From positions 391,804 through 455,803 of the forward strand of contig BCIN01000010.1 of the NCBI GenBank assembly GCA_039545335.1: a stretch of 64,000 nt of DNA. The letters run 5' to 3'. This document shows positions 13,090 through 25,014 of the stretch, piece after piece (position 1 is the first letter of the stretch; every line of letters starts with the position of its first letter). The stretch comes from Kondoa subrosea. Lineage: Eukaryota. A program made the position numbers and the translations under genes. The notes below the pieces were generated by a model. That model saw nothing but the letters and a program-made list of their open reading frames with translations. It did no database searches and had not been told where the DNA came from.

Positions 13090-16000
13090 ATGTAAGTTCT
13101 GTGCTGGTTTGTGGTGCATTGATACTAAAGTCTTGACATACAGGGGACACCATATTGTAAGCTTGCTGGTCAATCATAGGATGACTTGATTTCAACTTAT
13201 CCCCGCATCTCAACAGACAGTAGCTACTTGTCAGCTTGGTCAATGGGCTCTAGGTCAGCTTCATGCATACCCCTGGCTCATGCTCTGTAATTCAATGCGA
13301 AAGACAGACTTCGATGGGAATCTCAAGCGCATCTTGGAGTCTATCAAGATAGCCAAAGAGAAGGGTGCTAAGTTGCGAGTTGGACCAGGTGAGCTTGTAT
13401 CGCTATGTCGACGTCCAAGTCTGCTTACGGGTCATGATCAGAGCTGGAAATCACGTATGTCGAGTTGACACTTTATAGATTTGTTACTGAATCTGTATAC
13501 AGCGGCTATGGTTGTTTCGAGTACGTGCGCTCTGGGAGTCTGTATATACATCTGACAAGCATTTAGTCACTTCCTGGAGGGAGATACAACACTTCATTCT
13601 TGGGAAGTGTTGGCGAAAGTATTGGAAGATGAAGCCTCTCGCGATATTATTATCGATATCGGAATGTGAGGCTTCCCTTCGCCTGAGTGCCCTTTGGCTT
13701 ATCGTTTGATAGGCCGGTCGTACACAAGAACGTTTTGTACAACTGTCGCTTAATTCTCTTCAATGGCAAAATTCTCCTTATCAGACCAAAGATGTGGATG
13801 GCCAATGACGGAAATTATCGCGAGCTCAGGTGGTTTGCTCCCTGGACCAGACCAAGAGAAACCGAAGTGCATTATCTACCTAGAATCATTAAAGAAATAA
13901 CAGGACAGGTGAGTATCTTGCATCGTTTCACCAGTACCATGATGCTAATGCGGATTCAGCAATTTGTTCCCTTTGGTGACGCCGTAGTCTCGACTTTGGA
14001 CACTTGCATTGGTGTTGAATTGTGCGAAGAGCTATTCACGCCCAACAGGTCCGCGCTCATAGACGCACACTCATTCCGTTCTGATGTTTCAGTTCTTTTT
14101 CAGTCCCCATATTGCCATGGGACTGGATGGTGTTGAAATCTTCACCAATTCTTCCGGCAGTCACCATGAATTGCGGAAGTTGCAGACTAGGGTGGAAGTA
14201 ATCAGAAGAGCAACTCAAACAGTATGTTCCTATAACAGTCGCTGAATCTCTGGTGCTGAAACTTTGCAGGTTGGGGGTATATACCTTTATGCTAATCAGC
14301 AAGGTTGCGACGGAGATCGTCTATACTATGATGGATGCTGTCTCATCGCAGTCAATGGGCAAGTAGTAGCTCAAGGCTCCCAGTTCTCCCTCAACGATGT
14401 GGAAGTCATCACTGCCACTATCGACATTGAAGATGTTCGATCGCATCGATCAGCAAGTTCGAGACAAATGCAAGCTTCTCAAGCTTTACCCTATCCTCGA
14501 ATCGAGATCGACACTGCTCTTTCATCTGGCAAGGGTCATCACTTGATCGAAACAGACACGACTAAGCCAATTGACGTGTTCTTTCACAAGCCAGAAGAGG
14601 AGATTGCGTATGTATTTGCACTCACAGCTTAGATCTTCGCTAATTGATTTGGTTCTCAAAGTCTAGGACCTGCTTGCTGGATGTGGGACTACCTTCGTCG
14701 ATCGCGCGTACAAGGCTACTTTGTGCCTTTGAGCGGAGGTATAGACAGCTGCGCTACTGCCGTTATCACTTTCTCTATGTGTCGTCAGGTAGCAGAGGCA
14801 GCTCGAGCAGGAAGTAAGTGTCTTGGATCTCTGCTTATGCGGCCGCTGACATATACTTGTACAGACAACCAAGTCATTGCTGACGCTCGTCGTATCGTCG
14901 GAGAACCTGAAGATTCATTGTATGTTCCAGTGGATGCGCACGAATTTTGCGGACGTATCTTCCACACGTGCTACATGGGAACTGAGAACTCGAGCAAAGA
15001 GACTCGTAAAAGGGCCAAGGATCTGTCTGAGGCGATTGGCAGGTTTGTTAGAGGTCTCGTGTCATTCGACTGGTGCTCATTGAGTGTATCAGCTATCATA
15101 CTGATTTCAACATGGATGCCGTCGTTTCCGCTATCCGGGATCTATTCTGTTTCGTGACCAACATCAAGCCCAAGTACAAAGTGCATGGAGGTAGTGAGGC
15201 AGAGAATCTGGCTTTACAGAACATTCAGGTACTTATATTGACTCCCTGTCTGACTCCTGCTGATACTACTTCAGGCTCGATTACGAATGTTGCTCGCCTA
15301 CTTTTTTGCTCAGCTCCTTCCGTTTGTCCGTGGTCGCACAGGAGCTCTGCTCGTACTTGGAAGCGCAAATGTGGATGAGAGGTATTTTTTGTGCTTTTCG
15401 GAAAAGCAAGCGCTGACATGGAAAACAGCTTGCGGGGTTACTATACCAAGTATGACTGCTCGAGTGCAGATCTCAATCCAATAGGAGCTATTTCAAAAGT
15501 CGACTTGAAGCGCTTCATTGCATGGGCGGAACCAAACTTTGATCTGCCTGTACTCAAAGAGTCAGTTTATCGCTCTAGGATCAGCTTCAAGTAGACTCAA
15601 TCTTATGCAGATTCCTTGATGCTGTTCCTACCGCGGAGTTGGAGCCCACTACAGAAGATTACGTTCAGGCGGATGAGGTATGATCACATCGCTCAGCGGC
15701 TATTGTAGCTGATCAAAACTCTGAATCTTAGGAGGACATGGGTATGACCTACGCCGATCTATCATTCTTTGGTCGTCTACGCAAAGTGGACAAGTGCGGT
15801 CCATATGCGATGTTGTGCGTTCGATAGAATCGTTGAGCGCAGCCAAGTCGCTTACTCTCAGTGCAGCACCAAACTCGCCGCAGAGTGGAGCAACGTGCTG
15901 AGTCCATTAGAAGTCAGTCTTAAGAGAGCTTATCGAGAATTTCCAGAAGCTGATCAGATTTGCAGGTCGCCGAGAAAGTCAAGAACTTTTTTTTCGAATA

Positions 16001-16387
16001 CGCTCGAAACAGACACAAGATGACTACTTTGACTCCTTCGTATCACGCGGTACGCTTGTGAGCAATGTCTACCGATTATCATCTTGATGAGTTTCCAAAC
16101 AGGAAGCTTATAGTCCTGATGATAATCGTAAGTCAGGCATGCCGGAATTGACTGCTTATCAACACCTTACTAGGCTTCGACTTACGACCGTTCTTGTATC
16201 CGTCCCGCTTCCCGTGGCAGTTTAGAAAGATGTGAGTATTCCGTTCGCATTTGGAAACCCTGACTGATTACGTTGCACAGTGATGAGAAGGCAGCTACAA
16301 GTAAGTCGACAGTCTACACATGGCTACCCGACTAACAAGATTGTAGTGCCGGATCGTTCGCAGAAGGATAAATCAAAGACAGACTGA
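13090..16387 (+). CDS. QNS1: Glutamine-dependent NAD+ synthetase
   Basis: [22 protein letters not shown], nitrilase-domain motifs ([21 protein letters not shown]), P-loop [21 protein letters not shown] and [11 protein letters not shown]. More than 20 short introns. Confidence 0.97.
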
Positions 16388-16491
16388 GATACAAAGTCAT
16401 CGAGAATGTACATTTAGAATCGATGCTATGAGACTCATTGCTACACAGTATCATACTGCACAGTCCAGGAAGTTTAGCCGGCGACATGTAT

Positions 16492-17473
16492 CTATTCCCT
16501 CTCGCCTTCGTATTCCATGTTGGGGTCGTATCCTGAGTCGGCGTCAGCAGGAGGCGACGAGTGGTTACAATGTGGACTCACGAACTGAGACTGAGTTGAC
16601 ACAATGCCTGGAGGTATTTGGTCCTCTTTCGCCTAAAAATGCAGAACGAGTTTAGTGCATGCACGCAGCGTTTGAAAGTAGTCCTGCTGACCTAGGAACT
16701 CGTGTCCGAGATGACCTGACAGAAATGAAAATATGTGAGGCTGTCTGCATCAATCCAAACGTAGATAAACGTACCTCCACAAGCCTTGCACACAATCTCA
16801 ATTCTCCTCATGCTTATATTGCAAATCAGAACTCGTTGCGCAAGAGAGAGAAGAATACTCATCAAAGGTGCGATCTTCATGACGTTCGACTGCGCCTTTG
16901 AAGTTTGCACTGTATGCAGGCCACTGTAGTGCAAAGAGAGTAGACGTGAGCTGATATGAATTGTAACGGAGAAGATGCTCGACATACTCCGCAGCCACTG
17001 TTCGAAGGCAAGGATCAGAATGCATAAGTAATATCGAAATCCAGCTGACTTACGACTTGAACTTGTCCTGAGCGGAATAAAGAGGAGCGTTGCAAGCCTT
17101 GCAAACGTAGACACCCTTCTTAGGATAGTGCGAGTCGTACTCTCCAGTAAAAGGTCTTTCAGTACCTAATGATGTTGAAATCGATGAGCGCATGTAATGG
17201 CCACATAGTAAGAATGATCATACCTTTGTTGCGGATTACATCGTATTCTTCCGGGGATAGCAAGTCTTTCCACTCCTGGTCGGATTTCTGTACCGATCGA
17301 GGGGTTGTGTCTTTAGCCATAGCAGTTGAGGAGAAGGAACCCAGATTGATGATGCTCTTGGTCGGTCGAGTGGAAAGAGGGATTGTGAGAGCAAGAGCAG
17401 CAGTGACGATTATTCCAGTGGCAAGAGGTCTGGTTCTGACTGCTCTGTAGGATTGCAAAGCAAATCGTTGCAT
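16492..17473 (-). CDS. MXR2: Peptide methionine-R-sulfoxide reductase (MsrB/SelR, Cys type), probable mitochondrial presequence
   Basis: KGTERPFTGEY, CKAC (twice), SGCGWP, HLGH and catalytic RHCVNS. The N-terminal extension is Arg-rich. Confidence 0.92.
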
Positions 17474-17517
17474 AAGATCAAGCTGGGATTGAGTGATTTC
17501 GGTCAACTCAGACAACC

Positions 17518-19139
17518 ATGAAAAGAGGCGCTACAGTGGTTGCCAGAGCATTGCGTCAAGCAGAACGAACAATACCTGTCCAAGCCAGAAGCCAATTGAT
17601 CGCACGCAGCAATACTCGAGCATTCACCTCAAGTCGAAATTATTTGCAAGAGCAGCAACAGCAATCCAAAGACAAAGACAAGCAGAAAGCAGAAGAGGAG
17701 CCACAATTTACTCCAGGAACTTCTCCCTTTGCAATCTTTGTTCAAGTCATTCGAGAGGAAATTGAGAAAAATCGTCAATGGCAGGACAACATGAAACAGC
17801 TAGGAGGACAGGTTTCTTCTGCTCAAGATAGTAAGACATGGGCTACAATGAGAGCTGGCATGGAAAGAGCAAGATTAGCAACTTCCATTCAAGAAAATCC
17901 TAGAATCAAGAAAGCAGCTGAAGATCTCATTCGAACTGGAGGGAAAGTCAATGATGCCATCGCAGAAGCTGTAACTCAGTCGCTGGTCTATCGTGGTCTA
18001 TCAAAGTCTGCTCAAGCCATGTATGATGCATCAGAACCTATTCGTCAAACCGAAGTGTACAAACAAGTAGCAGATTCAGTCAAGGAAGTTCTATCAGACG
18101 TGAAATATGGTGGATATGTAGAGAAGGATGCAAGGCGGCAAAGAAGAGAAGCTAGATTGAGGAATATAGGGAAAGATCAAAAGGCTGGATTATCAGCGAG
18201 GGCGAAGGCCAAAATAGCTAAAGTCGACGCCAATCCAGAGTAAGTATACTATTGTCAACTACGGTAGATCTGATTATTGTGCTCAGAGCCGGCGAAAACA
18301 TCATTCTACATCCAACAGCCGCAATAGATGATACAGCAGAACAAACTTCCTCCTCTTTCCTTTCGCGCATATTACCTTCATCAGTCTCGGCCAAATTATC
18401 GTCCATGTCAGCGCAGTACGAAGAGTCAGATAACCCTTTCGTAGCCACTTTGCGCTCAATGACGAAGACGGTTGGTCGAGTATTTGATGAAACGGAAACT
18501 GCCAAAGTAGTGAAAGCTTTCAAAGACCTAGATCCGTCTTTCCAGCAAGAGGTCTTCTTGAAAGAATTAAGAGACTACATCGTACCGGAAATAGTGGATG
18601 CTCTGGTCAATGCAGATATCACGACACTCAAGCAGTGGCTGTCAGAAGCAGTGCGTTCTCTTCTTCAGCGGATACTTCTCATGTATTGACATTCTATTTA
18701 GCCATTATCGGTCATTTCAGCGCAGTTTCTCAACACCGTTTCATCAGGCTTGATTTCAGATAGTCGAGTACTTGATATTAGAGGTGTTGATGTGAGTCGC
18801 TCGCTTGACCTCCGTGGTAATGATCCTTGGTTGACGCAGACGTGCTTGCAGCTCGTGAAAGCGCAAATTCTAGAGAACGATATTCCAGTTTTCGTCATAT
18901 CCTTCCACACGCAAGAGATGCATGCTTTCAGAGATCCGAGAACAGGCGCTGTTGTGATGGGAGCAGACGACCGGATCAAGCAATGTTCATATGTTGTAGT
19001 ATTAACGAGGATAGAGGAAGAACTCGACAACGAGGAAACCGGTGGCTGGAAAGTTATAGATGTATGTCTCTTCCTCTTCTCATACTATGCAATGATATTG
19101 ATGCAGAATATACAGATGGCTCGACGCGAAAGTGCATAA
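17518..19139 (+). CDS. TIM44: Mitochondrial import inner membrane translocase subunit Tim44
   Basis: Presequence, SPFAIFVQVIREEI, YEESDNPFV, FDETETAKV, DPSFQQEVFLKELRDYIVPE and DSRVLDIRGVD, ending ETGGWKVID. Confidence 0.95.
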
Positions 19140-19159
19140 CCTGAATAATAACAACGAAA

Positions 19160-19816
19160 TCACCACTTCATACCTTGACCTTTCTCGGCCAGCAGCGCTT
19201 TGCGATGATATGACCGCCTTGCTTCACGGTACTGCCGGATGAAATCATCATCATCTATTGAACCCGCGAGAAATTCATTTGCCAGCTGATTCGAAGTTCG
19301 CTCGTCTTCATTTACAGCAGCACGTAGTCGCGACATCTGCGCAGGCTGCGAGAAGCGCTGCGAGCACCGGAGCATTAAAATGTTGAAAGTTACAAGCTGA
19401 TTTGGTGAAATCATTCACCTTGTACGCTTCTGCTTGATCTCTCTCAATGTGCGGCCAGACTTGCTGCAAATGATTAGCCTCAGCGAAAGCTTGCGCTGTC
19501 TCGCTCCTGAGTTGATCTAGAGCTTCACGGTGCGATTGATTCTGAGCTATCAATGATTGATGAACAATTGAATATCAGCGAGGTTATAAGGTTTATACCA
19601 GTTGTATCCTCATTTGCTTGCAACAGTGCCGAACGTTCGTTGACACTTTGAGCTATCGCTGGTAAAGTGCGGAAGAAGGCATCGAAATAGCTTTGATCCA
19701 CGAGAAGTTCATTCACGTCGTTTCGTCTATTCCTGATTGTCATGCTTGCACATAGGTCGAGCGAACAGAGCGTACGTCAGCTGTTGAACCGGGAATTCAT
19801 TCTCTGTCGTAGCCAT
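19160..19816 (-). CDS. VPS37: ESCRT-I subunit Vps37/Mod(r)-domain protein
   Basis: C-terminal RLRAAVNEDERTSNQLANEFLAGSIDDDDFIRQYREARRSYH matches the Mod_r domain pattern. Confidence 0.75.
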
Positions 19817-19989
19817 AAGTTGTTCTGGGTAGAGTGATGGCCGTCAACAGAATAGATGACACACTCAATTACATATCAACAGCGAAAGCCATACTACTGT
19901 ACAAGCGTCTATGTTCTGCACAGTAATGAGACAATGTCCAATTCGAGCTCTTGTGAACGCGTCCGTATCTGCTGTGTTAGTCTTTTGAG

Positions 19990-22323
19990 TCAGGAACTGT
20001 AATTCCAAATTCAATACGCGGAGAACAGGACGGACAGACATGGACTTACGAGCAAGAACATTGGAAGCCCAGCATCTCTTTGCTCCCCAGACCGCACAGT
20101 CTCGCCTGCTCTGAAGTTGCATCGACAGCCCCATCTTCGCCATAGGCTTCAAATGGCTTGAGACTCATCTGCAAGACTAGATTGAGGAAGTCCGTATCTT
20201 GCTGATTCTCTAGCCTTGAAATTGCTTCTTCCAAAACCCATTGTCTCAACACAAAACGAGGATTAACTGCGTTCATCCTTGTTTGACGTGACGATGCATC
20301 TGCTTTGTTGGCTTGCTCTGATTTGACCAATCGTTCTTCATATTTGCGAAGGAAAGAGGTCGTTTCTTCATGCGCAGAATCTTGATGATGTCGAGGCACT
20401 TCTTTCAGGGGAACAAAGCGAGATAGGAAATGTTTGAAATCTGGAGAATCCACTCCAGAGAAGGAGCAAAGCGTCCGCAAAGTGTGTGAAAAGTCAAGTG
20501 TGTAGTTTTCCATAATGTTGAGCAGCTTCTCAAAATATTGAGCGTTATCATCCGGTTGGCTGTCAAGAAATCCAAGGCGCTACTTCAAATGAGCATACAC
20601 TACTTCTGTACAGCAAATCAATAGCTGACCTTGGCCATCTGACTTTCATATTCCGCTTTGAGATCCGCTTTATATTCTTGCGAGACTTCACTAATATAAT
20701 CCAAACCCTTGTTGCGCCAGGCCAGCCTCGCAGATCTTTCGGTTCCTTCTGCCCATGATTCGGTCAAAGGACTATCCGATTCCATCTCAGCGCCAATCAT
20801 TTCGGCCACAGCGTCGCCCAGCTTCCGAACCGCGAATTCTCCCATTGCTGGTTGTAATTTGTAAGCATAGCGACCAGAGTCGTCTGAATGATTGCAAATA
20901 TGCATTCGATCGAATTTGTCCATGAAAGCGTACTGATCAAATAATACCCAAGATGAGTGACGCTATTGCCTGTCTTTGGCTATAACTGACCGGTCCATAG
21001 TCAATGGTCAGACCGAGTACAGAGAAGTTGTCAGTATTCATGACCTGCCAGCAAATGCGTTTTAGTACTTAGCGAAGAGAACAGACAGCAGATTTACCCC
21101 ATGCATAAAGCCATAAGCTTGCCATCTAGCAATCATGATGGCCGTTCTTTTTGCAACACCTCTGACCAACTCTCTGGCCAACTTTTGTTCATCTTGAACA
21201 CCTAAGACCTCCTTGGCCACATAATTCACCAGCTGAGACAAATTTCGCCAATCTTCTCTTGATCGATGAATCTCAAAACTACCCAACCTGATCCAAGAAG
21301 GAGCGACTCGACAGACAACAGCACCTGTTTCCATCTTCTCTCTAGCAACGCTCACATCGGGTAGATGAATCAAAGAAAGTGCTCGAGATGTGGGAATAGA
21401 TAAAGCTGCCATATGTTCGCTGCCGAGGTATTCTCTTACTGATGATCGGAGCACTGCCAATCCATCAGCAAAACGAGAGTAAGGTGTTCGACCAGCTCCT
21501 TTTAGCTGAAGTTCTGCTATTTGAGGCGCGAAGAAGTTTGAAGGTTGCGGTTTAGAGGGTGTAGTGACTAAATCGTATTGAACACTAGCCCGGGACAGAG
21601 AAAATACACAACTTACAGACTGAGACTGCACGACCGTCGCCTAGCTGCGATGCCCAGCTGCCTATTGTAAGAGCTAAGAAGGGAAGAAGACCAGACGATA
21701 GACAGGAACGTACCAAACTGATGGCCTCCGTAACACAAACTCCAAGGCGCAAAGGCTTTGGTCTTGTCATCATCAACTTTAGCCAAGACTGCTCGTCCAG
21801 AGAGAACTTGAAGCAATTCTTCCCGAGCTTCAGAGCCTTTTTCGCCCAGATCCAAATTCGGTAAGAGATCTTCTGCACACTTCGAGGAGAAACCAAGCAA
21901 GACAGCTTTCGACAAAGTCTTTTCGCGCAAAGGTGAAGAATACGCCGCTAGACCACCTTCTTGTGTAGATTTCAGTACAGGATGCTGAAGCGATGGTTCC
22001 ATTCGAGCCAGCATGTCTTCCAGGTCAACTTTGAGTTCTTCTGTACCTTCAGGTAAGTCTTTCTTCAGCTCCTCAACAAGTAAAGGCGGCACGCCATAAG
22101 GGAATTCGGTAGGTAGAGGCGTGACTAAGGAGTAGTGTGCGCGAATTTGTCGACCTGCTCTGCGCAGCATAGAGGGTTTGACATCTGGTGATGACGCTTG
22201 TTCAGCTTTGTAATTGGATAAATTCAGTACCTCCTGGACAGAAGGTGTAGAAGTATCAGGTGTGAGGTTGTATGTCGGTAAAGATCTGGCCAAAGGCAGG
22301 TTCAATAGAGAAACCTTCGCCAT
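19990..22323 (-). CDS. FMP40: Protein adenylyltransferase SelO/YdiU (UPF0061)
   Basis: YGGHQFG, QLGDGRA, ELQLKGAGRTPYSRFADGLAVLRSSVREYL, WQAYGFMHGV.NTDN, NPRFVLRQW, and a spliced C-terminus CSCSS*. Confidence 0.95.
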
Positions 22324-22494
22324 CTTGCGAGCAAATGCCACAATGATAGATTTGAAGCAGGCTGTTCTTGTATAAGCTCGGATTCCGTTGTCAATATGTG
22401 CTTCTTTGTAGGTCTGTTGGCCTGTAAGATCTGAATTTGACTATGGCCGTATGCGGACTCAAATTGATTGCACAACCTTTCAGCTTGGCCACGG

Positions 22495-24930
22495 ATGACC
22501 AGCTTTCAGGTTTACGCCAATCTCAGACCTTGCAACCCTACTGATGCCTCATGCATCAGTATCAATGGCAACAGCGTCGTCCTGTGAGTTCTGCAGCGAT
22601 TTGTAGATCTTGCTTTGACAATTGAATAGAACACCTCCAGCGGACGCCAGACATGCTGGAAGAATATTCAATGATATCTATACACTCAATGGATGCTTCA
22701 ATGGCGAAACACAAGAGGTTTACGAAGCTATAAGGCCATCCGTCGAGAGTTGCTTGAGGGGTTTGGTAAGTAAAGTTCCACATGCTGATAAGCATCCCTG
22801 ATCAAAAGATAGTCGGCTCATGTGATTGCATACGGCGTAGTAACTTCAATTCTCGTCTAAGCGAAATATAAGGCTGATATTTATGCAGACGGGCGCTGGT
22901 AAAACCTATACTCTACAGAGCCTGGGTACGCGAAAGCTCCTCAAATATGCTGTTCTCCTCACTCTTGTGCAGTCAGTCTGGCTATCAATCAATTGCTGGA
23001 TACTTCAGCACACATCTCCATCCGGTATTATCAATTATATGGAGAGAAAATCAGCGATCTGCTTACAAAGTCAGACACCACAACAGCACCTATGATAGCT
23101 AGTAGAAACAACGGCTTCGAAGTGCTCCACGTCTCTTCTCAACGAATCGAAACTTCCCATGACTTCATGCGCATTTATAAACAAGCTGCAAGCAGAAGGA
23201 ATACATCGAAGACCTCTCAAAACAATACCTCAAGTCGCTCACATGCGTTCTTGGAAATCTCTGTCGAAAGTGCAAGTCAGAACAATACTACCTACCAATC
23301 TAAACTAACATTCGTGTAAAGTGCTATCCCATATAGTATGATTCCGAGTCTAATCAACTCCTACAGCGATCTAGCAGGCTCCGAGTCGAACAAGAACAGA
23401 TCTCTGCCAACAATTTCAACCAATCAGAAACTCCTTACAGAAGCCATTGAAATCATTTCAGCTTTAACCCAATTCCTTTCCTGTATCGATGCTTTGCATT
23501 CGAAATCTGCTCATATTCCAATTCGGTCAAGTCCTTTGACAAGAATCTTGTGTCAAGCATTAGGTGGAAACTCGCAGGGCATTCTACTTGCTTGTCTATC
23601 TCCGGACCCTGCTCAATATGCAGAAACTAAGAAGTCGGTCTTCTGATTTTTTGACTAACCGTACCAGCTGTCTAATGACACGTGATCAGCTCGTTACTTT
23701 TTGCGCAAAAGACTATGAAAGTGCAGAACAAGCCAACAGTTACAGGTCAGCTGTCTTAATCGCCTGGCTATCAAGATCATACTGATATTATTCTAACCTC
23801 GTAGAAATCGCTGGAAGTGCCAAACGCGGAGTCGAAGTCATTGAGGAAGATCTTGTTGAAGTCGCCAGAAAGAAGCTCAAAGCGACCGAAGAACTGCTGC
23901 AGACAGAGAGGGAGGAGCGAGAACGATTGGCTCGCGAAGTTGAGACACACCGCCTTAGAGAAGAAGAGCGCGATGTGCAAGAGCGAGAAGCTGAAAGTCA
24001 TAGAAGGATGTTGGAGGAACAAAGGTGAATTGATGATGATGTTATACAATGAAATCAGACTGATGCTGGATGATATCGCATAGGATTCAAGATTTACGAC
24101 GAATAGCTGAATTGGAAGCGCAAATAGCCTCAACTCCAAAGCGAGCAAGAGTCAAAAAATCAGAGTCACCAGACAGCAGCGCAATCATCTATATCGATAT
24201 CAAGTCTTTGAAAGTCAAGAAGGAAATCAAGGCAGAATTGGAAGAAGCGCAGCTTCGTATTGATCTGAACACGCCCACTTCAACAGCACAAGCTGCCGGG
24301 CCCGACTTGAATCGAGCTTTCACGCCTCCATCTCCTGTACAGTTTGCTGCTCCTGCTCTTGCGCCTGAAGCTGCCGTACGCTTCGATGCTGGACCGAGCG
24401 CACAACAATTTCTCGATCAAACGCCTGAGGCTTCTTCCCTACAGCCGCTGTCACTTGATCCAACTTTCTTTCTTCCTTCTCCAAATTCAACTGAGTCGAG
24501 CTTGACCTCGTCAATTTCTGATCGCTCAATCAATTCTTATTCGGCTAGCACCAGCAATGTTTCTGATTCATCTGGCTCTGCGAACACCGTTTTGAATAGA
24601 GATACGTCGCCACAAGGGGCAATGCCCGCGCAGGAAGAGCTCCCAGAAACGGGTTGGCGCTCTGAGGGACTACGAGCTTGGCAGCAGAAGGAGTTCAATC
24701 GTGCTTTGAACTGCTACAAGAACGCCTACCGAATGAATGAGGATGCAGAGCTGAAAGAAAAGATCCAGTTAATGCAAAAATACATTGCCAAGCTCCGCAA
24801 ATCGCGAGAAATGCCAACATTGACAAAGACCAAGGGGAAGACGAAACTGGGCAGGAAGCTAGACAAAGCCAAAACACCGGGGCGAGCATCAACGAAACGC
24901 TCATTGCTCGATAACATGAGATTGAAATAG
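22495..24930 (+). CDS. Kinesin-family motor protein (divergent; kinesin-10/KIF22-like by inference)
   Basis: FQVYANLRP, spliced P-loop AYGVTGAGKT, switch I NNTSSRSHA, switch II DLAGSE and HIPIRSSPLTRIL, then a coiled coil and a C-terminal TPR-like helix pair. Confidence 0.85.
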
Positions 24931-25014
24931 CGAGTGTATAATGCCGAGGACGATTAAGACGTATGTACACAGAGAAAATAACATAATATGTACGAGTAAG
25001 ATTTTCGCTACCAA

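Noticed and set aside
16492..22323. Possible selenoprotein cluster (MsrB/SelR and SelO within 6 kb)
   Set aside because: Both have Cys codons at the relevant positions (RHCVNS; CSCSS). No in-frame TGA is needed and no SECIS was recognised.
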